Source: a virus (lineage: Duplodnaviria; Caudoviricetes). Taken from it: DNA of 62,482 nt. Within the stretch, counting starts at the first letter, position 1, and every line of letters starts with the position of its first letter. A model generated the notes under the pieces. It ran no database searches. It saw only the letters and a program-made list of their open reading frames with translations, and had not been told where the DNA came from. The position numbers and the translations under genes are program-made. The stretch is taken from the IMG/VR virus record IMGVR_UViG_3300044819_000092, positions 1-62,482 of that record; one strand, written 5' to 3'. Of the stretch, positions 35,781-46,033 are shown in pieces.

Positions 35781-36886
35781 ACCGAAACCCAGGTGAGGAG
35801 CGCCCCGAGCCCGGCAGGATTCGGCGTCGCGACATCGCCGGAGGCCAAGGTCACGTCGTCGGGCCCGCCATCGAGGGTGACGCCGGTGAAGTCGACGGCG
35901 CCCGCGTCCATCACGGCCTTGAGGAGCTGCGACAGGTACACGATGCCTCCGATCTGGGTCAGGCCGAGGTACGCAACCCAGGCGGCATCGGCAGCCGCCG
36001 AGACCGTCGCCTGAAGCCCGGCCCGGACCGTCACGGTGCCGCCCGGCAAGACCACGTGAGCGCTCGCGGTCGAGGTGAGGATGTAATCGGTGATCGGCGC
36101 CCGCTCGGCGATGTAGGCCCTGACGGCGACGACGGCGTCGCCAGAGACAACGCCCCCGGCCCCGCCGATGGTCACGAGGACGCCGCCCGGGAACCCGATC
36201 GGATCGAGCCGGACCCGGGTCACCTCCGAGCTCCCCGCCCGCGCCCACTTCTCGAGCCGGTCGGGGGTGGAGTCGTCGACCGCGGCGCTCGGCCAGCGGG
36301 CCTTGCACCTGGCGATGAGCGCGGCGTCCCCCTCCCCGTCGGCCCCGTACTGGGGGACGCCCGAGTCGACCTTGATGATCGCCCCTGTGACCGTCACGCC
36401 GGGGAGGGGAGGATCCAAGCGGGCGATGAGCCCGCGCGCGGCCCCGGGGGACTCGGCGGTGGCATCGATGGTGAGGGTCCCGCCGGCCGCCAGCGTCCCG
36501 AAGGTGGAGGCGAGGTACCGTGTTCCATCGCTTGCGACAAAGGCGTTGAGGGCGGAGATCGCATACGCGGTCCCTGGCCCCGCCTCGCGCGAGAGGGTCA
36601 CCCCCTGCTTTGCGATCTGGGCCTCGGCCCGGTCGAGCCCGTACCACCCGTGCGACAGGACGTCGAGCCACTCGCCATCAGAGCTCTCGAGCAAGGTGCC
36701 CGCGACCTGGGCGGTGATGGCGTCGAGCAGATCGGAGATGACCGCGGCCTCGAGCTCGACCAAGGTCCGCAGGCCTCCGCCAGACTCGTAGTCGGTGACG
36801 GGGAAGCCCGGCCGCTGGAGGAGCGCAATCAGCGCAGCCTTCACGCCTGCCGTGTCGGGGAAGGCGAGCAGATCCGCGGCGGTCAC
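35777..36886 (-). CDS. Baseplate J-like protein 2
   Basis: WLDVL..GWYGLDR, AESPG, GADGEGDAALIARC. Confidence 0.8.
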   Translation of the reverse strand: MTAADLLAFPDTAGVKAALIALLQRPGFPVTDYESGGGLRTLVELEAAVISDLLDAITAQVAGTLLESSDGEWLDVLSHGWYGLDRAEAQIAKQGVTLSREAGPGTAYAISALNAFVASDGTRYLASTFGTLAAGGTLTIDATAESPGAARGLIARLDPPLPGVTVTGAIIKVDSGVPQYGADGEGDAALIARCKARWPSAAVDDSTPDRLEKWARAGSSEVTRVRLDPIGFPGGVLVTIGGAGGVVSGDAVVAVRAYIAERAPITDYILTSTASAHVVLPGGTVTVRAGLQATVSAAADAAWVAYLGLTQIGGIVYLSQLLKAVMDAGAVDFTGVTLDGGPDDVTLASGDVATPNPAGLGALLTWVSV

Positions 36887-38379
36887 AGGGGCTGCCAGCT
36901 CATGGAGCTCGTGAGGGTGGAGCCGGCCGCGGGGACGGCGATCTCGTCCGGGGCGAGCGGGATGTTGGCGGCGGCGAGCGGCGGCCCGAGCAGCACGCCC
37001 TTGACGTCGGTCGCGCCAGCGTCGAGGATGGCCTGCTCGAGCTCGGCCAGGCGGACCACGCCGCCGATCCCGACCGTGCCGAGGTAGAGCTGCCACAGGC
37101 GATCCGCCTCCTGCTGGACGGCCGCGAGCTTGGTCCGGGGGACGGAAGCGACGCCCGCCTCGGCGATGTAGCGGGGCCTGGCGCTCGAGCAGAGGACCGC
37201 CTCGGCCGGGCTGCCCGAGCCGAGCGTGGCCGGTCGAGGAACTCCGCGGTACCCTTTCAGCCTGGCACTCACGTAATCTTGGACGGCGATCTGGGCCCGA
37301 GGGGAAGCGGGCCCAGTCGCGCTCGCGATGCGCACGAGGATCGCGCCCGGCGTGTTCGGATCGGCGTCGACCTTGACCTGCACCACCTCCGGCGAGGCCT
37401 GGTGACACCAGAGCCGCACGAGGCCCTCGGTCGGGACGTCGCTGAGGCTCGACCACTGGTCCTTGCAGCGGGCCCGGAGGGCCGAGTCGGTCTCCTCGTC
37501 CGCCCCACGCTGCAGGATCGGATCGCCCACGAGCATGGTGAAGATGTCGCCGGCGATGAACGACGGGGGGGCCGCGTTCTTGAAGAAGATGATCGAGGTG
37601 TAACCCGACCACGAGGCCGGGATGGGCGCTGCAATCGGCGAGCGGTAACCCGGGGCCCAGGTGAGCCCGCCGTCGAGCGAATACTCGTAGTCGATGGCGC
37701 CAGCCTCGCCCGTGGTGAGGATCCGGATCCGGATGGAGCCGTAGGGTGGGGGCCCTTTGCCTGGGCGCCAGTAGCCGGGGAGTGGCGGGGCATTGATGGT
37801 GCCCGAGGACGTCCCGAGCAGGCTCGTGGGGGTGAAGTCCGAGGGCCGGGCGTTGAGGCCACTCAGGCCCGCCGGCGCCGTCACCATCCTCGAGATCTGC
37901 CCCTCGGTGTCGGCGTAGGCGCTCCCGGGCTCCTCAGCCTGGAAGGTGACGTCCGCGGGGACGCCGGGCACGAGGATCACGTCCTCGATGGAGACGTAAC
38001 GGTTGCCGCCCGCGCCAGCAATCCAGAGATCCCCGGCGTTGAACGAGGCGCTCACGGTGGACGTCAAGCGGATGTTCTGGAGGGTGTACGTCGCCGGCGA
38101 CCGGCTGATCTGGTAGCGGCTCTGTGCGTACGCCGAGAGGGCATCACCGCGGCCAAGGTCGAGGAACCTGGCCTCCGCCATGGCCACGAGCCTGGGGCCG
38201 ACGAGGTTGGCGAGACCCCCGGCCACCATCTCGACCACCGACAGTTCGACGCCGCCGGACGCCGCCGGAGCCCAGTCGGCCACCGGGAGCCCCGCGGCGA
38301 GCAGGGCCGCGGACAGGCGCGCGGAGATGTCGGAGCTGAGTTGCTGGGTGCGCAGCTCGGCCAGCGTGTAGGACGGCAC
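36883..38379 (-). CDS. Baseplate J-like protein 1 (with internal insertion)
   Basis: AEEPGSAY, GADEETDSALRARC. Confidence 0.8.
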   Translation of the reverse strand: MPSYTLAELRTQQLSSDISARLSAALLAAGLPVADWAPAASGGVELSVVEMVAGGLANLVGPRLVAMAEARFLDLGRGDALSAYAQSRYQISRSPATYTLQNIRLTSTVSASFNAGDLWIAGAGGNRYVSIEDVILVPGVPADVTFQAEEPGSAYADTEGQISRMVTAPAGLSGLNARPSDFTPTSLLGTSSGTINAPPLPGYWRPGKGPPPYGSIRIRILTTGEAGAIDYEYSLDGGLTWAPGYRSPIAAPIPASWSGYTSIIFFKNAAPPSFIAGDIFTMLVGDPILQRGADEETDSALRARCKDQWSSLSDVPTEGLVRLWCHQASPEVVQVKVDADPNTPGAILVRIASATGPASPRAQIAVQDYVSARLKGYRGVPRPATLGSGSPAEAVLCSSARPRYIAEAGVASVPRTKLAAVQQEADRLWQLYLGTVGIGGVVRLAELEQAILDAGATDVKGVLLGPPLAAANIPLAPDEIAVPAAGSTLTSSMSWQPL

Positions 38380-38426
38380 ACGCCAATGGTGCGCTCACCT
38401 CGCCCTCGGGCCAACTTCGGGCTCGG

Positions 38427-39584
38427 TCAGCCGAACCGCATGAAGAAGGCCGGCATGGTGTGGCTCCCCGCTATGAGCTTGGTCGGGCTCGAGGTCGGGA
38501 AGCTGGACGGTAGCGTCCCATCGTAGGTGCGGGCAGCCTGCCAGCCGATGATGGGATCGGTCAAGAGATCCGAGCCGATGCCCATGATCTGCATGGTGTC
38601 TGGCGGTGGCAGGCCTCCAAGGTTGATGTTGAAGCCGGTGTTATCGCAGGTGTGGACGATCCACAGCATGGTGCCGGCGGTGATGGCGAGGTTGCAGGCC
38701 CAGCCGGTGATCCCGCTCGGAAGGGGATTCTGCTCGGCCATCTCGGCCAGCTTGGCCCCGGGGAAGACGAGCCCGTCGCCGAGGTTCGAGCAGATGCCGA
38801 GCTTGTACCTCGTCGCTGCCACCCCGACCTGGTTCTTGATGAGGATCGCCTTGAGCGTACAGTCCTTCGGGAAGACGTGCGGGAAGGCGTTCAAGACGTT
38901 GATGGGATCGGTCGCTCCACCGTTGACGCCCCACCCGTACCAGTTGCCGACCATGCCCCACGGGTAGACGAGATCGAAGGTGCCGAACGACGTCGAGCCC
39001 GGCACGCCTGCGCGCATGACCTTGGTGTCGAAGACCTGATCGGCCGGAGGGGTGGGCGGGGGAGCGGCGGGCGCGGACGCACCCGCGGTGCTGGCATAGA
39101 TCACGGTGACGGCGTTGCCCGCGCGCGCGCCCGTGGCGCCCGTGGCGCTGGCGGTGGGGAGCGCCTGGCCGTCGAGGGTGAGGATCTCGACCGTCACCTC
39201 GCTGGCGCGCAGCACGAGATCGAACGGGCCCGCAGCCGACTCGAGCTCGAGGTCGATGGTCAGCTGGTTCGCGGTGCTGTCGAAGGCGAGGTTCGCGGTG
39301 ACCGCCTGGACCCTCTCGTCCTTCTCGCACTCGGCGATGATGGACCCGCGCGCCTCCGACAGCTCGGCCGCCGACAGCTCGGCGTTGAGCAAGTCCATCA
39401 GGCTGTAGCCGTAGCTCGCGTCGTAAAAGAGGCCTCCTCGGGTGGTGGTGAGCCGGCGGTAGATCGCCATCGCGAGGTTGCTCTTGCCCGAGGCGACGCC
39501 CCACGCGGGCGCCAGATCGTCCGTTAGGGCGACGTCTGTCCCGAGATCGTCGGGCGCAAGCGGCGGGAGGGTCGCGGACATCAT
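38427..39584 (-). CDS. gp25/Mu gp46-like baseplate protein with a long C-terminal extension
   Basis: NLAMAIYRRLTTTRGGLFYDASYG...ECEKDERV, then a linker and an extra beta-rich domain. Confidence 0.7.
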   Translation of the reverse strand: MMSATLPPLAPDDLGTDVALTDDLAPAWGVASGKSNLAMAIYRRLTTTRGGLFYDASYGYSLMDLLNAELSAAELSEARGSIIAECEKDERVQAVTANLAFDSTANQLTIDLELESAAGPFDLVLRASEVTVEILTLDGQALPTASATGATGARAGNAVTVIYASTAGASAPAAPPPTPPADQVFDTKVMRAGVPGSTSFGTFDLVYPWGMVGNWYGWGVNGGATDPINVLNAFPHVFPKDCTLKAILIKNQVGVAATRYKLGICSNLGDGLVFPGAKLAEMAEQNPLPSGITGWACNLAITAGTMLWIVHTCDNTGFNINLGGLPPPDTMQIMGIGSDLLTDPIIGWQAARTYDGTLPSSFPTSSPTKLIAGSHTMPAFFMRFG

Positions 39585-40795
39585 GAGCTCCTGACGGTTG
39601 AGGACAGGTACTTCGGCGCCGCGCCCTCGAAGGTCCCGACCCCGGTGGCGACGTCGGCCACTGCCGTGGCGGCGCTCGAGTTGCCGAGGGCGGCCACGGC
39701 GATCCCGAGCTTGGCGATGGCGGTGGCCATCAGGGTGAGGAACGCATCCTCGGCCGCCCGGTAGGTGGCGCCGAGGATGACAGGCTCCGCGCCTGCGTCC
39801 GAGCCGAGGACGACGGCGTCCCCCAGGAGCTCGACCCGGCTCGCGGCCACCTCGCCCGAGAACCCGAAGGCGTAAGGGGAGGTCGGATCCCCGCCCGACC
39901 ACCCCACGAGGACCTGGCCGCCGGGCTTGACCTGCACCTTCCACCCGGGCAGGCCCCCGAGCAGCGGCACCTTGGCCATGCTCGGCAGCCGCAGATCGAG
40001 GGGACGGACGTCGATGGTGCTCCCGCTCTGGGCCACCACGGTCCCGAGGTAGCAGGCCAGGTAGTCGATGGGCGCCTGCGCCGCCTTCACCGCGCCCCGC
40101 AGGGCCGCCTTGAGCCGGTCGCCCCTGCCGCCCTCGTCGAACCAGACCGAGGTCCGCACCTCCGGATCGGCGATCTTGTGCTCGACGTACGAGACCGGCC
40201 GCGAGCCGAGCTTGGTGCCGGGCATGAGGAGCGGCAGCTCGACCCCGAGCAGGGCCTCGGCCCGGGCGGGGTTCTCGGTCAGCACCTGGTAGTCGTCGAC
40301 CGCGAGGCCCGAGTCGGGCCAGCGCTCCATCCCGATCCAGACCGTCCCGTCCGGCAGCACGCGCCAGGTGGCGTCGGGAGCGACCGATTCGAGCAGCTGC
40401 GTGATGAGCCGGCCCGTGGGGAGCGCGGCGGAGGTCCAGGCGTCGACCTGGCGCTTGAGGATTCCGGCGACGTCGGCCGTGGCGGACAGCCGCTCGCCCG
40501 CGCCGGTGAGGAGATCCGACAAGACAATCTTGAGCGAGATGCCGGTGTAGTGCTTGGGCTTGGCGATCCTCCGCAGGCCGCCCTTGCCCCCGACGATGCG
40601 CAAGCGGGCGGAGTCCTGCCAGTTGCCGCCGGTCTGCACCGTTCCATGCAGGACGAGCCGGTCATCGCCCACGGTCAGGATCACGGCGCCGGTGATGTCG
40701 TCGGGGGAATCGACGTGGACATCCGCGTGCCAGATGCCGGTTCGCGGGAAGCTCAGCACCGCGTCGATGACGTGCCGACCGTTGAGGGTCAGCAT
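39581..40795 (-). CDS. Baseplate hub-spike fusion-like protein
   Basis: Position; WRVLPDGTVWIG; C-terminal OB-fold-like VKPGGQVLVGWSGGDPTSP. Confidence 0.65.
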   Translation of the reverse strand: MLTLNGRHVIDAVLSFPRTGIWHADVHVDSPDDITGAVILTVGDDRLVLHGTVQTGGNWQDSARLRIVGGKGGLRRIAKPKHYTGISLKIVLSDLLTGAGERLSATADVAGILKRQVDAWTSAALPTGRLITQLLESVAPDATWRVLPDGTVWIGMERWPDSGLAVDDYQVLTENPARAEALLGVELPLLMPGTKLGSRPVSYVEHKIADPEVRTSVWFDEGGRGDRLKAALRGAVKAAQAPIDYLACYLGTVVAQSGSTIDVRPLDLRLPSMAKVPLLGGLPGWKVQVKPGGQVLVGWSGGDPTSPYAFGFSGEVAASRVELLGDAVVLGSDAGAEPVILGATYRAAEDAFLTLMATAIAKLGIAVAALGNSSAATAVADVATGVGTFEGAAPKYLSSTVRSS

Positions 40796-41479
40796 CTAGG
40801 CTTTGCCCTCGGCCGGGCGAGCCTTCGGCCCGTGCGGCCCGGTCTCGCCCTTCTCGCCCGAGGGCTTGGCCGGGGTTCCGTTGACGGGGGTGAAGAGCGC
40901 CTCGGCCTCACCCTTCTTCACGAGCACCGGATCCACGACCACCTTCGAGACCGTCTGGGTCTTCGAGTGCTTGCCCGCGGGGACGTTCTCGATGCACTTG
41001 AACTGCACGATCTTCGACCCCTCGAACTTGCCCGCCTGGGGATAGGTCACCGCCTGGACCACGCAGGAGTGGACCCCGAGGAGCTGGAGCGCAGGGTGGG
41101 AAACGTCGAAGGCCAGGCTCTTCAACTTCGACCCTTTCTGCGCCCGTCGCCAGACGAGCGCGATGATCTTCTGCAGCACCGTCCACTGCTGCTCGGTCCA
41201 GACGGTGCAGGAGATCTCGAACTTGCCCGGCTTGTACCCCTTGACGGTGATGGTGGAGCCGTCGGCCCCGTCCGGCTTCTTCATGTCGACGCCGATCTCG
41301 GTGAGACCGTTCGCCACCTCGCAGAGCCCCGGCAGGCGCTTCCCTGCCATCCACGCCGTGTCCCACGGGTGATCCGAGTAGAGCGCATTGAGGAGCCGCG
41401 GGGCCTCGTCCTTCCGGCCGCTCGCGGGGAGCATCTCCCCGTCTTGGACGCCGGAGTCCCAGAACGCGACGCCACCCAT
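40796..41479 (-). CDS. Tail tube initiator/baseplate protein
   Basis: Directly after the tape measure gene. Confidence 0.55.
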   Translation of the reverse strand: MGGVAFWDSGVQDGEMLPASGRKDEAPRLLNALYSDHPWDTAWMAGKRLPGLCEVANGLTEIGVDMKKPDGADGSTITVKGYKPGKFEISCTVWTEQQWTVLQKIIALVWRRAQKGSKLKSLAFDVSHPALQLLGVHSCVVQAVTYPQAGKFEGSKIVQFKCIENVPAGKHSKTQTVSKVVVDPVLVKKGEAEALFTPVNGTPAKPSGEKGETGPHGPKARPAEGKA

Positions 41480-43314
41480 CAGGCCCCTGCCTCGGCGCCC
41501 GCCTGCTCGAGCGCGTTGATGAGCATGGGCAGCACGATCTCGCGGATCTGCTCGCCGATCTCCCGCCCCGTCTCCTCCGCGCTTTGCCCCGGGTGGGCGG
41601 TGACGGTGACCGGGATGCTGATGCTGACCTGGCCGCCGCCGAGCCCGCCGCCCGCCCCGGCCCCGCCTGGCGTGGGGACCGCGAAGGCCCCCTTCATCAC
41701 GTCATCGATCGCCCCCTGGCTCTTCTCGATCCCGGAGACGAACCCCTCGCCTGTGTTCCTGCCGAGCTCCTCGAACACCCGCGATGGAGAGTGGGCGTCG
41801 ATCTTCGAGGACATGGCGTCGATGGACACGTCTCCGAGCGCGCTCGAGGAGTCCGCCACGCTCGACATGTTCGACTCGATGCCGGTCGACATCCCGTCCG
41901 CCACCGCCTTGCCCGCTTCCTCGGAGCCCTTGCCAAAGCGGGCCTTGTACCAGGCGGGGTTGAAGAGGGTGTCGTTCATGAACCCCACCGGGGTGTGCAC
42001 GTTCATGAAGTCCACGGTGCTGCCGAGGGCCCCCTCGTGCTTCTGCTGCGACGGCAGCTCTCCCCTCGCCTGCATCCCGCCCATGACAGAGCTGCTCTTC
42101 TTCATCTGGTCCACCGCGAAGCCGGCCGGGGTGAAGTCGTGGATGAGCTTCGCTGCGAACTTCAACCCTTCGATCATCTGGAGGATGGCATCGACGGTGG
42201 GCTTGATCATGCTCGTCATGGCCTGGAAGGCGGGGACGATGTCGTCCTTGATGGTGTCGGCCACCGCCACGAAGTCGATGCGGGCGATGGCATTCACGAT
42301 GTCGATGACGGCTCCCTCGAGCGACTTGAAGATCATCTCCCCCCGCGGGCTGCTCGGATCGAGGGCGTCGAAGATCTCGGACAGCTTGGTCTTGAAGATC
42401 TCGAAGGCCGGCGACCCCGCGAACTTCTCGAAGTAGAGCTCAGGCAGGCTGGCCAGGTTCTTGAGCTTGGCGTTCATGGTGCCGCCCGCCTGGACCGCCA
42501 TGTCCCCGAGGACCCCATCCGCCCCGGCGATCATCGACAGGAGCTGATCCTTGGTGACCTCGGTCTTCTCGAGTTGCTTGTGCGCCTTCTCGTCGCTGAG
42601 GCCCGCGAACCCCGGCAGCTGCTTGATCTGGTCGATGCCGAGGTTGAGGCCCATGAGCTGCCGACCGCTCACGTGTCCCGAGAGCTGGGCCCGCCGCAGG
42701 GCCTCCATGGCCGCGCCGGCGTCCCCGCCCTTCGCCGCGACGTCCATGCCGGCGGCCATGAACTTGTCCAGATCCTTCATCTGGACGCCGGCGTTGAGCA
42801 GGCTCGAGGCCCACCCCTTCAACTGGTCCTGCGTGAACTCGGTCTTGGAGCCGATCTTCTCGATCCATTCGAGGACCTCCTTGCTCCCTTCCTCCCCGAC
42901 CGTGAGCTTGAGCGCCAGGCCCATCCGCTCGGCCGCGGCGGCGGTGTGCAGGATCTCGCTGCCGAGCTCCTGGATCTTCTCGATCCCCTCCTTCACGAGC
43001 TCGAACGCGAGGACCGCCCCGATGGCCTCGCCGAATTCGTGGAGCTGATGCTTCACATCGTGGACGGCCTCGCCCACCCCCTCTATCTCGTGCTTGTGCT
43101 TGTGAGCGGACTCGGAGGCGTGAGCCGACGCGGCTGCGTGCCCGTGCGTGGCCTTGGTCAATTCGTGCGTCGATCCCGAGAGCCCCTCGGTCGCATGGTG
43201 GAGCTTGCTCGTGCTGTCGATCGCGGCGTCTAGCTTCTTGACCCCGTCGTCGACCCCGGCGAGCTTCGCATCGACCGACCACTCGTATGAGATGCCGTCG
43301 CCGCCGCTAGCCAT
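41479..43314 (-). CDS. Tail tape measure protein
   Basis: Helical Ala/Gly-rich; HSPSRVF motif; follows the chaperone genes. Confidence 0.85.
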   Translation of the reverse strand: MASGGDGISYEWSVDAKLAGVDDGVKKLDAAIDSTSKLHHATEGLSGSTHELTKATHGHAAASAHASESAHKHKHEIEGVGEAVHDVKHQLHEFGEAIGAVLAFELVKEGIEKIQELGSEILHTAAAAERMGLALKLTVGEEGSKEVLEWIEKIGSKTEFTQDQLKGWASSLLNAGVQMKDLDKFMAAGMDVAAKGGDAGAAMEALRRAQLSGHVSGRQLMGLNLGIDQIKQLPGFAGLSDEKAHKQLEKTEVTKDQLLSMIAGADGVLGDMAVQAGGTMNAKLKNLASLPELYFEKFAGSPAFEIFKTKLSEIFDALDPSSPRGEMIFKSLEGAVIDIVNAIARIDFVAVADTIKDDIVPAFQAMTSMIKPTVDAILQMIEGLKFAAKLIHDFTPAGFAVDQMKKSSSVMGGMQARGELPSQQKHEGALGSTVDFMNVHTPVGFMNDTLFNPAWYKARFGKGSEEAGKAVADGMSTGIESNMSSVADSSSALGDVSIDAMSSKIDAHSPSRVFEELGRNTGEGFVSGIEKSQGAIDDVMKGAFAVPTPGGAGAGGGLGGGQVSISIPVTVTAHPGQSAEETGREIGEQIREIVLPMLINALEQAGAEAGA

Positions 43315-43317
43315 GGC

Positions 43318-43823
43318 CTACTTCTTGACGAGGAAGTCCCGGACGGTCCGCAGGCACGCCAGGCCCTCGCCGATGAGGAGCCAGCCGACGTCCGACTCGA
43401 CCGACACCTCGCCTGTCTGCACCTCGTGGACCACCGCCCGGAGCGCCTCCGATGAGCTGACGAGATTTCGCTGGGCCTCGCGAAACCCCGTCAGAGTTTT
43501 CGGTGGGTGGCCTGGCGGCTGGCGCCGCCGATTTCGATGATCTCGCCGGCGACGACGTTGACGAGCCCGGGATACTGGTCGAGGAGCGCCTCTCGCTCCT
43601 CGCCCCGCTCGGGCCACAGGACGCAGGCCTGGAAGAGGACGTCATCGGCGGTGACCTTCTCGCCCTCGCTCGAGATCTTGGCCCGGTAGATGTTCCAGAC
43701 ACCGCGGGACGGGCCCCGGACGATGAAGTCGTGAGGCAGGCTCGGGTGTTCGACGAGCTCGATCTCGATCCCGGGGTTCGCCGCCTTGACCTTGGCGATG
43801 TCGGCGGCAGTGGCTTTGGGCAT
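43318..43823 (-). CDS. Tail assembly chaperone (43491-43823) with putative -1 frameshift extension to 43318
   Basis: Between tube and tape measure; C CGA AAA just before the stop; -1 frame open to 43318. Confidence 0.65.
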
Positions 43824-43855
43824 GGCACCGAAGTTAGGCTCCGGCTAGCCGGTCC

Positions 43856-44371
43856 TCAAATACTCGGGCCGATTGCGATGCGCTCGAACGTCGAGGAGAC
43901 GTCGTCCTCGAGGATGTCCATGACGGACAGGGTGAGGCTCCGGGCGAGCTGATCGTCATTGTCGGAGATGGCCTGCTTGGCCGAGAGGATCTGGGCCCCG
44001 ACGAGGCTGACGAGCTGGAACCCTGGCCCCATCGACGGCTCGAAATAGGTGATGGTGATGAGCGACGAAACCTCGCTCCAGGACTGCAGGAACGGGCCGC
44101 CCGAGGCGAGCAGGAAGGTCCGGAGGAAGGACCAGTCCCGCTCGTAGATCGTGATGTCGCAGGGGAAGGTCACCTTGCCTCGGGTCCGCGCCTGGGGCTT
44201 CGAGCGCGAGCCGGTCGAGATGCCGGGGGCCCGCACCGACTCGAAGTTGATGGAGCTCCACCCGACGATGGGGATCGAGGCCCCGAAGCTCGACCACTTG
44301 ACGTCGACCGAGGTCCGGGACAGCTCGTGGCCATTGATCTTCGGGAACGGGACTGGCGGCGACATGGGCAT
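43856..44371 (-). CDS. Tail tube protein
   Basis: Follows the sheath; INGHELS...PQARTRG. Confidence 0.75.
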   Translation of the reverse strand: MPMSPPVPFPKINGHELSRTSVDVKWSSFGASIPIVGWSSINFESVRAPGISTGSRSKPQARTRGKVTFPCDITIYERDWSFLRTFLLASGGPFLQSWSEVSSLITITYFEPSMGPGFQLVSLVGAQILSAKQAISDNDDQLARSLTLSVMDILEDDVSSTFERIAIGPSI

Positions 44372-44383
44372 GGCGGGATCTCC

Positions 44384-45793
44384 TTACAGGGCCGGGTTTA
44401 TGAACCCGATGGTCGTCACGATCTGCTCGGCGTAGCCGAAGGGCAAGATCCCGATATCGACCGGGAACCGCTTGGTCGAGAGGATCGGCTCGGTCTTGCT
44501 GACCTGGACGGTCGCGTCCCGGGCGTTGCCGTCGAGGCCCCGCAGGATGTCCCCGCGGACCGCGCGTTCGACCGACGCCGCCTCGGGCGGGTAGATGAAG
44601 CCGGTCCCCTTGTCGACCGCCACGTCGCTGTTGAGGACGTTGAGGAGCGAGCCGTAGGCGTAGGAGCAGGCGATGTCCATGACCCGGCGGTTCATGACGT
44701 TCGAGTAGTCCGAGCCGTTCACGGCCATCATCTCGCCCCGGGTGATGTAAAAGCCCTGCTTCTTGACGAAGCTGCGCAGCGTGGTGAAGCGCTGGGCATC
44801 GAGGTAGGGCGTCGCGGTCTCGTTCCGGTAGAGCGACCTCACCCCCTTGAGCGGGCCCCTGACGACCTTGCCCGGGTGCTCCCTGGCGGGGATCTGCGAG
44901 AGCCGGGAGGCGACGGCCGTGCTGCAGTTGCGGCGGAGGGTCCAGCCGTTGAAGGAGGAGACGTGGCCGATGTCCCCGACGCAGACCATGGTTCGCTCGG
45001 AGACGAAGCTCGTGAACGCGCCCGAGATGGTCGGATCGTCGATCAGGGCCCCGGCCGAGTCGAGGGTCGGGCACTCGACGATCCCGAAGACGTACCGGAA
45101 GGCGGCTGCCGCCGCGACCATCTGGGCATCGACGATGCCTGCGAGGGCGGCAGCGCCGGCGGCGGTGGAGGCCTGGCCGATCACGTGGACGAATCCCCAG
45201 TCCGTCGGATCGGCCAGCAGCACGGCCAGGGCAGCGGTGACGGCGCCGGTCGAGAAGGCGGCCGGCGTGGTCGAGAAGGCGTAGGTGTCGCCGACGTTGA
45301 AGGTCCCGGCGAAGGTGAGCGTCACGAGGGTCCCCGGAATCACGTAGGCGCCTCCGGCGGGCACGAGCACCTGTCCCGAGGTGGTGTTCCCCCCATCGAC
45401 CGACCACGTGAAGAGCGCAGCCCCGAGGGCCCCCCCGGTGACGATGGTGACGACCACCTGATAGGCGTCGTAGGCCGAGGCCGAGCTCGAGCCGGCTACG
45501 GTCCCGGTGCCGGTTCCGGTGTGGGTCGTGGCCCCTACCGTCCCCGCCGTGCTGTGGGCAAGCGGCACGGCGAGGACGGTCCCACCCGCCACCGCCAGGG
45601 TGTCGAGTATTGCCTCAACCAGGGGCCCGGCGCCAAGGGTAGAAACCACGGTCGCCGGATCGGCGAACGAATAGAGCGTGTTGACGGTGCCGAGCGACGA
45701 GATCCCGAGCTTGCAGCAGACGTTGGCGCCAGACGCGGCCAGCTGGCGGAGCCCGTTCGGATTGATGGTGATGCTGATGCCTGGCAGTGCCAT
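44384..45793 (-). CDS. Tail sheath protein (DUF2586-like)
   Basis: HPGKVVRGPL...LDAQRFTTLR...SDY...NRRVMD. Confidence 0.85.
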   Translation of the reverse strand: MALPGISITINPNGLRQLAASGANVCCKLGISSLGTVNTLYSFADPATVVSTLGAGPLVEAILDTLAVAGGTVLAVPLAHSTAGTVGATTHTGTGTGTVAGSSSASAYDAYQVVVTIVTGGALGAALFTWSVDGGNTTSGQVLVPAGGAYVIPGTLVTLTFAGTFNVGDTYAFSTTPAAFSTGAVTAALAVLLADPTDWGFVHVIGQASTAAGAAALAGIVDAQMVAAAAAFRYVFGIVECPTLDSAGALIDDPTISGAFTSFVSERTMVCVGDIGHVSSFNGWTLRRNCSTAVASRLSQIPAREHPGKVVRGPLKGVRSLYRNETATPYLDAQRFTTLRSFVKKQGFYITRGEMMAVNGSDYSNVMNRRVMDIACSYAYGSLLNVLNSDVAVDKGTGFIYPPEAASVERAVRGDILRGLDGNARDATVQVSKTEPILSTKRFPVDIGILPFGYAEQIVTTIGFINPAL

Positions 45794-45802
45794 GGGTGTC
45801 CC

Positions 45803-46030
45803 CTATCGAAAGGATTGATTCTTGGCGGCCGCGACCGCCGCGTCGAACTCCGCCTCGGTGACGACTTGCCCGTCCGGCCAGGCCGCGAGCGCCTTGGCCG
45901 CGGCGAAGTCGGTGAAGGCCGGGTTCGGCTCGATGAAGATCCCCGTCTGCCGCAGGAACCGGTCGGCCATGCCCTTCTGCTTGGCCCACTCCTCGATGGT
46001 GGTCTGCGGGGTCTCGTCGCCGTTGGACAT
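45803..46030 (-). CDS. Small virion-associated hypothetical protein
   Basis: Position before the sheath; VTEAEFDAAV. Confidence 0.6.
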   Translation of the reverse strand: MSNGDETPQTTIEEWAKQKGMADRFLRQTGIFIEPNPAFTDFAAAKALAAWPDGQVVTEAEFDAAVAAAKNQSFR

Positions 46031-46033
46031 GGG

